Origin: Mobula hypostoma
Lineage: Eukaryota
Direction: 5' to 3'
Assembly: GCF_963921235.1 (NCBI RefSeq)
Contig: NC_086097.1
Coordinates: 75,642,001-75,706,000, forward strand
DNA: 64,000 nt
Shown here: positions 35,231-49,170 of the stretch, piece after piece
Layout of the letters: each line of letters opens with the position of its first letter
Numbering within the stretch: the stretch's first letter is position 1
Notes under the pieces: model-generated
Told to the model about the DNA's origin: nothing
Database searches by the model: none
The model's input: only the letters and a program-made list of their open reading frames with translations
Program-made: the position numbers and the translations under genes

Positions 35231-37539
35231 CTCTCCCTCATCCGCACTTCACCCTCACCCCCATCCACACTTTACCCTCTCCCCCCTCGATCTGACATTC
35301 ACCCTCTCCCTGCACCCTCCCCCATCCGACTCATTCTCCCCATATCCCCATCTGCCATTCACCTCCCCACCCCCCCATTCAAGATTCACCTCTGACCATC
35401 CCATCCAACATTCACCCTCTCTGCACAACCCCACCCCCCAGTCTGACATTCACCCCCTCCCCACACTCCTCCTGAATCGACATTCAACCTCTCCCCACGG
35501 CCAACCCGCCTTACACCCTCATCCCTCATTCCCTACTGACCTGAAATTTACCCCTAAGTAATCCTGCTCCTGCCAGAAATGCCTTTCCGTGCTCTCACCC
35601 AGACACACTGTCCTCAAGATCTGTTGTCCTTTCTACCCACCCACCTCAACCCCTCTGTCCACTCTCCTGCCACCTATCCCTTTGTCTCCATCTCCTCCTC
35701 TCACCCCTCCTGACCCTTAACCCCACTTACGCCGTCCCAACCTCTAACTAACCCAAGCCCTGCCACTTCCTTTAAAGCTTACGTGTCAACCATCCCAGTA
35801 TCTCCTTCCGTTCCACTGTTGCCCCTACACCCTTCTCCTTCCCCTTCACCAGCTCCCACCACTTTTCTCATTCTACCTTTTTTGTTGAATACTATGGATG
35901 TGATGGTGACTGTACAGTGGTCAAATGCTGTGAATGTTGAATGCAAAGGTTACTCTGTTTCATCTGTACCAATGGAATGGGACAAGATGGAAGTCCATAC
36001 TATGTAGAGGGATAAGGAGTTGCATGTCATTGGCACATTGGGCGGATGGAGGACTATATTTCACACGCACGGATAGGGTGGCAGATGTGTGTATATATTT
36101 TACCACAGAACAAGGAGAGGTGGTTGTGTACAATCGTAATACCCAGGTTGATGGGGGAGTTGGTTTAGAAATGGAAGTGTTTGCGAAAATACGAATTGTA
36201 TTTTGTTTGGTATTTAAGAGGCCTGAGTTATTTTGTGCTTAGTGTTGGAGGTGATTGGGGAAGGCTGGTGTGAGCAAAACCTGTCCTGAGTGGGTTGGGG
36301 GCCAGGTTTGAAAATGAGGGGGCATACATCCAGCCTCCGCCCTGTATTTGGAAATGGGCTTCTTTGCTTGGCAGGGGTTGGGAGGAGGGGAAAGGATAGA
36401 TTTAATTTAAGTAGTGCCAGGCTTTGCAGTTGCTGCAGATGTGGAGTTGGGTGCAGTTGGAAACAGAATTCTGCCTCCTACATATTTGAAACAGTCTTCA
36501 TTTTTGTTCTCTTCTAGTTGCCCTCGGGTGGTTTGATAGGCTAGATTTCCGCTATGCAATGACCCTCCAACGGACTCAGCCATCCTGCTTTTTTGTCAAT
36601 CATTCTTTTCTGCATTGCTTTTTCATTCATAAAAGAAGCTCTGTAATATGTCATTTCCCTTCTCCTTTCAAGCCTGTGGTAAAGGGGCCGTTTTAGGCGA
36701 TACATAAATTACTCACTGGCCTTGTCACATCCGTTATTGGTAGCAATGGTAACATTTCGAAATCTTGGTTGTGGAGAAGCGTGTGAAAGGAGAACAGTTT
36801 GCCGGATGCACTCATGTGGTGAGAAATATTAGCATGGGAGGTGCAGCAGTCATGTGACTACCCCATTCATAAAATACCTGTTGTCCATTCACAACCCTGC
36901 ATTCACTTGCATTATACAGTAAGATCAGTGGCTCAGGAAAAAAGCCGACTCGGGATTTTTTTTGCCAGACAGTATACTTTGCAACATTTTAACAATAGCC
37001 AAGAAGTTGTATCTGTAACTTTAGCTTTGTGAATAGCTAAAGAGAGAGCAATATTATACTCTGAACATGAGTTTCCAAATGTAAGGTTAATTAACTTGCA
37101 ATATATGAAACTTGTAGAACTGCCATTATGTATTATATTACCAGTTTCCTACAGGTTTTGTTACATTGGGAATTTGCTGCAAGGTTTATCCCCCCCCAAA
37201 AACAAGCTTTTGTTGGCAAAATGTCTATCTTCCCTGATATTGTTTCCTTTCTTAAGGGCTTTCATTCTTTCTAGAAAAGTTGGCAAATTCCTGGCAGTAA
37301 CTGTAATCATTGTTCAAGATACAGTATTTGTAATTCGAAGGTGGCACTGGTGAAACTCAGTGACGTTCTGTGAACAGTTTACAAAACTTCTAAATATACT
37401 TCTTCTGAAGTACTCTCACTGCAATCTGCATCCTGTAATTTCCCTTTAAGTAATGTTCATTTGAACCATTGTTAAAGAAAAACAGTTATTTCACAATCTT
37501 CTTAAGGACTTGATGGACTTCTCTCAGGAATACGGGTAT

Positions 37540-40315
37540 GCCACCTTTAAGCGAATGAAGGTACAGTGCCATGGCCTGAGGAGGGAAGGACTCCAAGCCA
37601 AACTAGAACGGTGGGGTGTCCTCTACCCAGTATTTTGATAGCAAACGTAGTCACTGGCGAACAAGATTGAGGACCTAAGGGCAAGATTGTAGTATTGGAG
37701 GGAAATGAGAGATTGTTATGTTCTGTGTTTCATGGAGACATGGCTCACTTTAGACATGTAGGATACATTGGAAAGACCTGAGGGCTTCTTAATACACAGG
37801 ATGGACTGGACAGCTGATTTGAAGAGGGCAAAATGTGGGGTCTGTGTTTCATGGTAAACTCTTTGTGGTGCTTGGACGTAGCAGTCTTGTTGAAATCTTG
37901 TTCCCCCAACCTAGAACATTAATGACTATGTGCCAATCGTTCTATTTACCAAGAGTGTTCTCCGTGATTCTGATGTCAGTTTACATACCGCCAAAGGCAA
38001 GGTATTAAGTACAGCGATTACCTAACAGGAAACAACCAACCCCAACACCTTTCAGTTCATTATTGGGGCCTTCAGTCAGGCTTGTGTTTAAGAAATCTCT
38101 CTCCAAATATCATCAACGAGGGGTCCCAACACACTTGACTACTGTTATACTACAATTAGGAATACCTGCTGTTCCATCCCTTTTGGGAAATCTGATCATC
38201 TGGCTGTCTTCCTACCTGCATGCAGGCAAAGGCTGAAAAGCACGACTACGGAGATAAGGGCAACAAAGAGGTGATCATGGAGGCAGAGGAGCGCTAGTGG
38301 GATTGCTTCAAGTTGTACTGGACTGTGTTCAGGGACACATCAGAGAATCTGAAAATGTCACGGTTGTCATGGACTTTATAAAAACCAGCCATGGACGAGT
38401 GAGTCCCCACAAAATCATTCGCTGTTCTCCAACCAGAATTCTGGATGAGCCAAAAGATCGCAGTCTTTGGTTAAGGGCTAGATCAGTGGTGTTCAGATCT
38501 GGCAATCAAGTAAAATACAGAAAGTCCATGTATGACCTCTAGAAAGCATTCTCATATGCAAAGTGCTAATTCTTGACCAAACTTGAATCACTGAAGGATG
38601 CTCGACAGCTGTGGCAGGGCTTTAATGCTATCACTTCCTACAAAGTGAAATCAGGCGACATAGCTGACAGCAAGATTTCACTCCCAGATGAGCACAATGC
38701 CTTTTATGCTCACTTTGACTGTCAATGCATGGAGGCACCTTCACAAACTCCCACAGTCCCTGGTGACCTTGTGATTTCAGCTTCTGAGACCAATCTGAGA
38801 ATATCCTTTAGGAGGATGAACCCATGGAAAGCATCCTGACTCAGATAACTGGCCAAGTACTGAAGTCCTGTGCTGATTAACTGGCTGGGTGTTCACTGAA
38901 TTCTTTAACATGTATCTTTAACTTTTCACTTCAGCAGTCTGAAGCAGTCCCACCTTCTTCAGGCAAGGTCAATGGTACCAGTACTTAAGATGAATGTGGT
39001 AGCCTTTCTCAATGACTATTATCCAGTAGCACCTAGAACCACAGTGATGAAGCATTTTGAGAGGTTCTGGTGATGAAACAACTATTGCTGCCTGAGGAGT
39101 GACCTGAATCTGCTCCAATTTGTCTACCATCACAACAGGTCAACATCAGATACAATTTCATTGGCTCTTAACTCAACCCTGGACAGTGAAGATGCATACA
39201 TCAGGATGCTCTTCATAGACTACCGTTCGGCATTCAGTGCTATTTGTCTCCTCAAAACTAATCGGTAAGCTCCAAGACTTAGGCTTTAATGCTTCCTTGT
39301 GCAACTAGATTCTCAATTTCCTCACTTGCAGACTTCAGTCAGTTCAGATTGGCTACAACATCTTCTCCACAGTCACTATCAGCACGGGTGCTTAGTCCCT
39401 GCTCTACTAGATAAATACTTAAGACTGTGAGGCTGAGTACGGCTCCAATGCTGTATTTTAGTTGCTGATGACACCACTGTCATTGGCTGATTCAAAGGCT
39501 GGCGATGAATCAGCATATGGGATGTAAATTGAAAATCAAGCTGAGTGGTGCCGCAACAACAATTTCTCATTCAGTGTCAGCAAGACCAAGGAGCTGGTTA
39601 TTGATTACAGGAGGAGGAAACTGAAGGTTCATGAGCCATTCCTCATTGGGGATCAGAGAAGGAGAGGGTCAGCAACTTTAAATTCCTTGGTTTTATCATT
39701 TGAGAGGATCTGTCCTGAGTCCAACACATATGTGTCATTACAAGGAAAGCACGGCAGCGCCTCTACTTTTAGAAGTTTGTGAAGATTCAGTATGTCATCT
39801 AAAACTTTGACAAACTTGCATCACGGCCTGGTATGAAAACACCAATGCTCTTGAACAGAAAAGCCTACAAAAAGTAGTGAATATAGCCCAGTCCATCACG
39901 GGTAAAGCCTTTCCCCACCCCATTGAGCTCATCTACGTGGAGTGCTGTCACAGGAAAGTAGCTTTCATCACCAAGAAACCCCACCATCCAGGCCTTGCTG
40001 TTCTCATTGCTGGCATCAGGAAAGAGGTACAGGAGCCTCAGAACCTGCACCACCAGGTTCAGGAGCACCCTGCAACTATCAGGCTCTTGAACCAGAGGGG
40101 ATAACCACTCAACTTCACCCACCCCAACACTGAACTGTTCCCACAATGTATAGACTCACTTTCAAGAACTCGTCATCTCATGTTCTCAATATTTATTGCT
40201 TGCTTATTCATTTATTATTTGTTTCCTTGTATTTACTATGTATACCCACAGAAAATTGAATCTCAGGGTAGTATATGGTGATATATGTATTTATAATAAG
40301 TTTACTTTGAACTTT
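37540..40315 (+). mobile_element. Near full-length decayed Rex1/Babar-type LINE
   Basis: Endonuclease remnants (CF.ETWL, SDHLAV), ARQLWQG, LNDY.PVA, ADDTT, KTKEL; TGAACTT tail. Confidence 0.85.
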
Positions 40316-40839
40316 GTAAAGTGGGGCCTTTGCTATCTGTGGCTGAACAGCACAGAAAATGGAAGGAATTGTGGATATCCAAAAGATGTGGTTTGCATAT
40401 CTATTGTTCTTAAGATTTCAGTGAATGTGCAACAGATTAATTTTTTAAAAATCTGTCTCTAAAGTGAGCAACAAAATCTATGACTCAGCTTGTTCTGAAA
40501 GTGTTGCACTAGGTACTGGTGAGAATGCAGTCTAATCTGTAGATAATAGTGTAAACTTCTACATTAAAGCCCAGTAAGAAATAGTCTGGATGCACACGCT
40601 GCCCCTTTGTGAAGTAATGACTTGGAGTTTGAGATGGTGCTGGTGAAGCTCAGAGACTACTTATCGGTGGCAAACAAAACAAAGGAAACAACTAAATACT
40701 TCATTGATAAACACTTTTTCTGGTTAATGATCACCACAAGCAATAGTCTTTAACTTCCCTTTTGGAGTTGAGCTTTTGAACCACCTGTGTGACCTGGCAT
40801 TTTTGATGTTTCAGTGAACATCAGGAGGTGAAATAAAGT

Positions 40840-41465
40840 TGCAGCATGGAGGCTGGAGAGCAGGGAATGAGTCAATGTATGTCCATTGTTGGCGTAGACT
40901 TAGAGGTGATTTGGTGTGGCAGAACTGAGGCAAGACAGTGTTGAGGCAGAGCTCTAGCACGTCCCTGAAAGCAAGAAAAGGCCCAGAGTTGGATCGATTT
41001 AAGCGCTGGGCTGAATTAGGTCAGGTACTGGCTGCATTGAGGCAGCGGACCTAGGCCCCAGACCGTATCAAAGTGACAGACCCTGGGTCTGAGAGCGAGG
41101 AGTGACCAGATGGTTGGACAATTTAGGCACCAGGCTAAAATGAAAAGGGCAGGGCGTCAGGACCAGAGGGGAGGAATGGGCCATTTTATTTTGCTGCTCC
41201 GTGACAGTTACTCAGCTCTGCGCTGAGCTGAGGCTGTGGCTTCCTGTCTGTGGATGGACTCCCTCTGGTAAATTTTGGTTCTGAATGCTATTTGCTTCTA
41301 TTGTTTGCATAATCTGTTCTTTTCTCTCGGCATATTGGGTGTTCAACAGTCTTTTTTTTAATGGGTTCTTTGGGTTTCTTTGTTTTGTGGCTGCCTGTAA
41401 GAAGACAGATCTCAAAGTTGTGTATAGTATACATACTTTGGTAATAAATGTACTTTGAACTTTGA
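40840..41465 (+). mobile_element. Non-coding interspersed repeat with Rex1-like tail
   Basis: Homologous to 17960-18369; ends AATAAATGTACTTTGAACTTTG. Confidence 0.6.
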
Positions 41466-43741
41466 GATTATATTGCACTATTCAGTCTGTGCTCTATTGC
41501 TATACCTGTTGTGTGAATGTATTGTAAATGTCTATTGATCAATTTGAATTTTGATTTTTGAAGAAATTAGGAATATGCATAGGAACTGATTTAAAATATT
41601 ACCTACGTATATACAATTTCAGGGAAAGTACATTGAAAATTATGAGTGTAGGATTGATTAGTAGCCATACAGATCATGAATGTATTTATTTTGCTTTTGC
41701 TGAAAGCATATGTTTTATTGGGGTTTATATTGTTAAAATTATGGAACAGTTGTTTTAAGTGTGTGACACAAGTTCACAACTTTAAAGTTAGTTTAAATGG
41801 ATTTCATACCAATTGGGTTAAGTTCTTAAATTTAAACATGCATTCAAAAAGATATGCTGATTTAAGAATCAAGGGCAAGAACTGATAAAACTTGAAACAT
41901 TTTGGTATTTCACACACCCACTTGCCTCAGGCACCAGCTTTTTTGAACTGGAAACAAATGGTTACTGCAATTCAAAGCCACTTCCTGATACCAAATGAAT
42001 TTGCCCAATGTTGTATAGGATATCTGCTGTGCTATTATCTGTGCACCTAGCTTTGAAACTAACTTTTCCATAAATGTACTCAAACATGCTGAAGACATGT
42101 TCACTGCTGCTAGAGAACTGAGCAGAAATATTGTCCTTAACTTTTTGTTCTCCACTGTCTTCCCTATTTAAGAGAGATTTAAAGATGGATGTCAGAGATA
42201 CAAATAACTGAGGTTCCTGTCACATTTTAAGTAGTTGCAATACAGCTTTGAAAATGTGCCCAGAGTATTTTGATCTTATTTGTGCAAGATATCAACAGAA
42301 AATAAATCATGAGAGATGCATTTTGATGTCATTTTCTTAAAGGCAGTAAAATGACGCATGCCTACAAATAACACTTTTTTTTTGCAGTTTATGTGATACT
42401 ACTTTTGGTTTTGTGTTAGTTTTCATGACCCAGCCCTCTTTGGTCAAGTATAACGAAGTATTTGCTTGTTTTCCAAATGCCTTTGACTAATTTGAACTTA
42501 TAATTTGTAAATAGAATTTTGAGCAAAAGAATTCATGACCTTGTGAATGAACATTTTGAATAATTTTCCATATGCAAGACTATTCTAAAATGAGCTTTAA
42601 AAATACAGTTGTTTACAGGAAGCTTGTATTGTGAGATTCTCAAGACTTCTGATTTCAAAACTATTACTAGTTTGGTTTTTGGAAGTAGTGAAAACATTTT
42701 ATTCAGGAAATTTTTGGGGATCTTTTATGGAACATTTTGAATGTTTTGCATAGATTTAAAATACATTTTTGAAATGGTAGCTCTCACTGGCTTACTGTAA
42801 TTGAACTAGTATCTCAGAGATGCCAATTTTTTTTATTACCGTTACTTCTTGATGATTATTTTCCCTTCTTTCCCTTCCCATTTTCCGAATTCCACTCAAA
42901 TTCAATTGCTCCCCCCAGTCAACATTATGAAAGTGTTTGCCTCCATGGTTTGAAAACCATGTTAATGTAATTTGAATACAGAGTGCTTTTTGTGATAACA
43001 GATCAGTTACACTGCTTGTCAATTTCTGCCTGATTTTCACAAGCTTTTCTCTTTGCAAGATATTTTTGAATACTTTTCTAATGAAAGTAGATTTTGTATG
43101 TAGTTTCTGAATTTTTCATTCCCTTGAAACAAAATGGACATGTGCTATCTCACAATTTATTAAACTAATTGTATGACCAGCATCATTCCTGACACTACAT
43201 TTGCAAACAGAATGTAAAGGTGCATTGTCAAACTTTTTGATTATGTGAATAAAGTTATGAATATAGTGACAAAATCCTCCAAGCCATCTTACAGGTAGCA
43301 ACTCCAAAAATCTGGCAAGCTGATATTTACCACTTTGAAAGTTAAGCAGCATTTACTGCTTAGGAATTAGGGGGGAATGATTTTTTTAAACATTTGCTCA
43401 ACCACTCCACAAGCCATAAAACTATTCCATTGTTTTCATGTAATATGTAGAATAATAATATAAGGGTATTAGGAACTGTTCTTGAAGTCTTTGTGATAAT
43501 GTCCTCATAGATCAGTACAGCATAGTACAAGCCTTTCAGTGTATGATGTTGTGTGAACCTATATATAATCTAAACCTTTCTTCCTACACATCCATGTGTC
43601 TATCTAATATGACTTGTCTTTGCTCTGAAATCTTAACTGCTTCCATTTCCACAAATGTAGTGTACTCTGCTTCTGGCATTTTCTGTTTTTATTTCAAGTA
43701 CCCGTGAAGATTTTGACTTTCAAGTCATTTTCATCGTACTC

Positions 43742-44385
43742 TTAAAGTTTATAAGGCCAAGCCCTATAAAGCCTCAGCATTACATCCTTGCTCTTATATT
43801 CTTGTCCTCTTGAAATAAATGCTAATATTGCATTTGCCTTCCCTACCACAAACTCAACTTGCAAGTTAACCTTCAGGGAATTCTGCACAAGGACTTCCAA
43901 GTCCTTTTTGCATCTCTGAGTTTTTTGCGTTTTCTCCCCTTTTAGAAAATAGTCTGTATCTTTATTCCTTCTACCAAAGTGCATTGCCGTACACTTCCCT
44001 ACACTGTATTCTTTCTGCAGACTCCCTGCTTCCTCAAAACTACCTGCCCCTCCACCTATCTTTGTATCGTCCGCAAACTTGGCCACAAAGCTTTCAATTC
44101 CGTTATCTAAATCATTGACGTATAACGTGAATAGAAGTGGTTCCAACACTGACTCCTGCAGCACAGCATTTGTTACCACAGCCAACCAGAAAAAGCTTCT
44201 TTTATTCCCACTCTATGCTTCCTGCCTGTCAGACAATCTTTTATCCATGCTAGTATCTTCTCTGTCATACCATGGACTCCTATCTTTTTCAGAGCCTTGT
44301 GTGGCACCTTGTCAAAGGTCTTTGGAAAATTCAAATGATCAACATCCACTAACTCTCCTATGTCTATCCTGCTTGTTATTTCCTC
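43742..44385 (-). mobile_element. CR1 RT fragment
   Basis: FDKVPH, YVNDLD, KFADDTK. Confidence 0.85.
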
Positions 44386-44448
44386 ATGTTGTGCAGTGAT
44401 TGATATTTTATTTTTGAAGAACAAAATTAATATGGTTTAAAGAATTCA

Positions 44449-44900
44449 TAAACACAAGAAATCCTGGAAATCTTGAGCAACACGCACAAAATGCTGGAGG
44501 ACCTCAGCATGTCAGCAGTATCTGGAGGGAAATACACGGTTGATGTTTCAAACTGAGATTCTTCAATAGGACAGGAGAAGAAGGGGGAAGAAGCCAGAAT
44601 AAGAAAGTGAATGGAGAGGAAGTAGTACAAGCTGACAGGTGGTAGATGAGACTGGGTGAAAGCAAAGGTGAGTGGGTGGGTCAGCTGTAAAAGGCAGGAT
44701 CTCCTGGTAGCTACCCATTTCAATTTGACTTTCTATTCCCGTTCCCATTCTGATATGTCTGTCCTCCACAGCCATGATGAGCCCACACTCAGACTGGAGG
44801 AGCAGCACTTCATATTCCACCTGGGAGCCACAAACCTGATGGCAGGTGGCATCAAGTAATTACTCCTCACTCCCCCTTTTCTCTTTTTTAACATTTCCCC
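44449..44900. mobile_element. Penelope-derived fragments in opposite orientations
   Basis: Terminal repeat on minus (44449-44690); RLEEQHFIFHLG on plus. Confidence 0.6.
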
Positions 44901-45508
44901 TTTTTGGTTACTCTCGCCCCATCAAGTGATCTGAAATCTTATGTTGCTGAACAGCAGAAAAAATGTTGATGGAGTGGCTGATTCCTTAAATGATTCTGCA
45001 AGATTGGGAAGATAATATGAAGAGCATTTGATGGCTCTGGGCCTGCAACTCGGTGTTCAGAAGAATGAATGAATTGCAACCTCCTGAATACTGAAATATC
45101 TGGATAAAGTGGACTTAGAGAAGATACTTGCATTAGTAGGAGAGTCTTAAGATGTGAGAATAAAAACTTACCCCTTGAGAACTGGAATGAGATGCCATTT
45201 CTTTAGCCTGAGGCTGGTGACTCTGGAGCTTATTGCCTCAGAGGGCTGTTGGTGTGGCTGGCTCTGTAGTGTAGTGTAGCAGTTAGCACAGTGCTTTACA
45301 GCAGCAGCTGTAAGATCAGGGCACAATTCCCTACTGTTACCTGTAAGGAGTTTATGCATTCCCCTCATGACCACGTGAGTTTCCTCCAAGTGTTGCTGTT
45401 TTCTCCCACATTCCAAAGATAAAAGGTCTGGGTTAGTGAGTTGTGGACATGTTATGTTGGTGCTAGAAGCACAGTGGCACTAATGGCTACTCAACACAAT
45501 CCTCACTG

Positions 45509-45689
45509 CAACACACATCAACGTTGCTGGTGAACGCAGCAGGTCAGGCAGCATCTCTAGGAAGAAGTACAGTCGATGTTTCAGGCCGAGACCCTTCGTC
45601 AGGAGAGATGCTGCCTGACCTGCTGCGTTCACCAGCAACTTTGATGTGTGTTGCTTGAATTTCCAGCATCTGCAGAATTCCTCGTGTTT
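45509..45689. mobile_element. Miniature fold-back Penelope-end element with hammerhead in the loop
   Basis: ~50-bp inverted arms; 13-bp TSD ACAATCCTCACTG (45496-45508, 45690-45702). Confidence 0.85.
45571..45604 (-). ncRNA. Truncated hammerhead motif
   Basis: Reverse complement TC CTGACGA AGGGTCTCGGCCT GAAAC ATC GACT; 5' strand of helix I is cut by the fold-back junction. Confidence 0.55.
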
Positions 45690-46974
45690 ACAATCCTCAC
45701 TGATTTGATTTGATGCAATTTAAGCGTTTCACCGTATGTTTTGACGTACATGTGGCATACAGCTGATATTTAAGTCATTGGGTGTATTTAAGGCAGAGGT
45801 TGATAAGTTTTTGATTGCTAAAGGAGATATGGTTTATGTAAAGAAAAAGAAAATGGGGTTTAAAAAGCACAATTGAATGGCGGAGCAGACTCAATGGGCT
45901 GAGTGGCCTTATTCTGCTATTTTGTTGTGGTCATATGGATAATGAACCATGTTTTTATGTCATTTATACATTTGGGTTTTAATGTTTGTGGGTTTGACAG
46001 AGGCTGAAATAGAACTGTAGGATAGATGAGTTCACAGCTTGGCAACAACCTTTTTAGAGAAAGGATGTTAGATACAGGCAGTTAATTGTTAGCAAGTGCA
46101 GAGACTAAAAGTAATGCAGTGAAGAAGGAACTACTTAGTGTTGGGATTGAGTGAGTAGGAGGAGTGATTTTTACCTTAATAAAGGAGTTAAATACCTTTG
46201 TGTTAATTTTCTCTTAATCTATGTGTTAGCACAAATGTGATGGACTGCTAATCCCACTTCTGTACTCGACAACTCCTTTACTCTATTCCATGAACATTCA
46301 AAGTAAGACATTTACAAATTAGCTGTATTAATGTTTCAGAATATTATTTTGTGGTTTGAATTTTGCACTTTAATTGTCAGTATAGATGAGCAAACAAACT
46401 GCTGTTTAGATTCCTTCTGTAATAACTCATATTTTTAACCGGTCACAACGGGGGAAGCAAAAATGCACTGTATGAGTAACTGTATGGGCACTATTTCATG
46501 TAAAGTGGTGTTCTTCAAAAAGTTGGCTTTCATAGTTTCTGGAAAAAAGCTATATTGCACATTAACTGATCTTTGCATAATTCAGTTTCTGTGAGTTTTG
46601 TTGGTTTTCGAATATATAGCTAGTTACCAGAGGCTTAAGTTACATGTTGGATTACCTGATCAAAGTTAGGTCAGAAGGGAGAAGGCCCCTATTCTTCATT
46701 GTGTTTAATATCTTTAAACTGTCTGTTTTAATCATGCGAGGTTTTGATTTTTTTTAAGTTGCTTATAACTTAAACAAAAATATTGAGATTTTTTTCCTTT
46801 CTTATTATTACACACCCAGGCATGAATTTAAAAGTAGAAGTATTTTCTTATGAAGGGAAAAACCATCTCCTTTTGACACAATTTGTTAATGTTTGCCTTT
46901 TTTCCCAAAACTTGTGTTCAATTGCCTTTTGTTTTTGAACAGTAAGTTCCAAAAGTCAGTGAAAAATATTAAGT

Positions 46975-49170
46975 AACACAGAAAATGCAGGAGAAACTCA
47001 GAGGGTCAGGCAGCATTTCTGGAGAGAAAGAATAAACAGCAGAGACCCTTCACCAGAACTGGAAAGGAACGGGGTATAACCAGAGTAGGGTGGTGGGGAG
47101 AGGGGAGGATTCAAGTTTGCAGATGATAAGTGAAACCAGGTGAAGGGGATGGTGGGCTGGTGGGGGAGGAGGGTACTGGGAGGTCATAGGTGTAATAGGT
47201 ATAGGGCTAAAGAACAAGGAATCTGATAGAGGACTTCAGATCATGGAAGAAACAAAAGTAGGAGGGGCCCTGAGGCCAATCAGTTGGCAAAGAGCAAAGA
47301 AGGGGTAAGAGAGGAACCAGAATGGGAAAAGAGAGAAGGGGAAGGGGGAGAAATTATCAGAAGTTAGAGAAATCAAGTTACTGCCATCAAGTTGAAGGCT
47401 ACCCAGACAGAATACAAAGTGTTACTCCTTCAGCCCGAACGTGGCCTCATTGTGGCAGTAGAAAAGACTATTGACTGACATAGAATGAGAAATTGTAATG
47501 GGTGGCCACAGAGAAATTTTGCCTTTTGCAGTGGACAGAGCAAAGGCGCTCAACAAAGCAGTCCCCCAATCGACAAAAGAAGGTGACACCAGACTGGGAG
47601 CACCAGTTACAACAGATGACCTCGACAGACTCACAGGTGAAGTGTCATTTCACCTAGAAGGACTGTTTAATTGGTGGTGAGGGAGGAGGCGTAGGAGCAG
47701 GGCTGGTGTATCACTTGTCACACTTGCAGGAATAAGTGCCAAGAGGGAGGTTAGTGGGGAGGGATAAGTGGACAAGAGAGTCACTAGAGAATCCCTGTGG
47801 AAAGCAGAGAGTTGGGGGAGGAGGCAAAGCTGTGCTTAGTGGTAAGATCCCGTTGTAGATAGTGGAAGTTACGGAGAAGGATGTGCTGAATACAGGTCTT
47901 CATGGGGTGGTTCATGGAAGGGCAAGGAGAACCCTGAGCCTGTAATGGTGGCGGGACAATAGAGTGAGGGCAGATTCATGTCAAATGGAGGAGATATGGG
48001 TGGAAGGGAAACCCTGTTCTTTGAAAATGGAGGACATTTCAGATGTTATAGAAATGGAAAGTATCTTGAGAACAGATGTGGTAGAGATGGAGGAACTGAG
48101 AAAAGAGAATAGAATTTTTACAAATGACGGTGTTTAAAAGTATAGTCAAAATAACTATATGCCTAGCCCTGATTGCCTCATTTTCACTCTGGACAAATGG
48201 TTCCTATACATTTCTATCCTGCTTCAGAAAGGCCTTAACGCTCTCCAGTTCATTCTATACAACAGACTTCACCAGTTCCCCTCCACCACCACTTTCTGCA
48301 TAGTGGAACTGGTTCCCACCCTCACTCAACAATTTTTCTTTTGTTTCCTCCCACTTTTTCCAAACCCAATGTGTAGCCATGGGCTCCAGCTATGCCTGCC
48401 TTTTCTTTGGCTACATGGATGAGTCTATGTTCCAGATTGACATTAGTACCACTCCCCAACTTTCTATGCTGCATCACTGATTACCTTGCTGCCTTTTCCT
48501 GTACCCATGCTGAGCTTGCCAATTTCAGCAAATCTGTCCCTTGCTTCCACTCTGCTCTCAGATTTACTTGGTCCATCTCTGACACCACTCTCCTCTTTCC
48601 CAATCTCTGTCTCCATCTTAGAAGACAGACAACTGATACGTACTGACTCACACAGCTATCTTGACTATACCTCTTCCCACTCTGTCTTTTCTCTTTCTCA
48701 GTTTGTCTCTGCCGTATTTGTTCTCAGGATGAGGCTTTCTATTCTAGAACATCTGAGATTACCTCCTTTTACAAAGAATGGGGTTTCCGTTTCACGAGTA
48801 TTGACTCTGCCCTCAATGACATGTCCTATTTTCCACACATCTGTCCTCGAGTCATCCTCCCATCACCATCCCCTTTTCCTTACCTCACCTACCACCGCAT
48901 GAGCCTCCATATCCAGCATATCATTCCCCATAACTTTCGCCATTTACAATGGATTTTACCATGAAGCACATCTTTCCCTCCCGCCTTCTCCCCCTCCCCT
49001 TTGCTTTCTGTTGGTCTCCTCGTGACTTGTTTGTCCACTCATCCCTCCCCACTGATCTCCCTCCTGGAACTTAGCTCTGTGCAAGCATGACGAGTGACCT
49101 GCTGTACTCTTCTTCCCTCACCACCATTCAGGGTCCAAAACTGTGAGGTGATACATCACCTGAGAGCTTA
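46975..49170. mobile_element. Decayed Penelope-like element: minus part to ~48160, plus RT part after
   Basis: TDSHSYLDYTSSH and (G)VAMG..YA.LF.GY RT remnants; terminal repeat at 46975. Confidence 0.7.

Larger units (their letters stand above)
45262..45775 (+). mobile_element. V-SINE inserted in a CR1 3' fragment (~45020-45915)
   Basis: tRNA-like head and V-domain GTAAGGAGTTT...GTTTCCTCC...CTCCCACATTCCAAAG. Confidence 0.65.

Noticed and set aside
34531..35295. 254-aa Pro-rich ORF
   Set aside because: Translation of a C-rich minisatellite with a non-ATG start
42380..46860. Candidate exon-2 acceptors (~42387, ~42618, ~46819)
   Set aside because: Phase-2 continuation stops quickly or lacks a good donor
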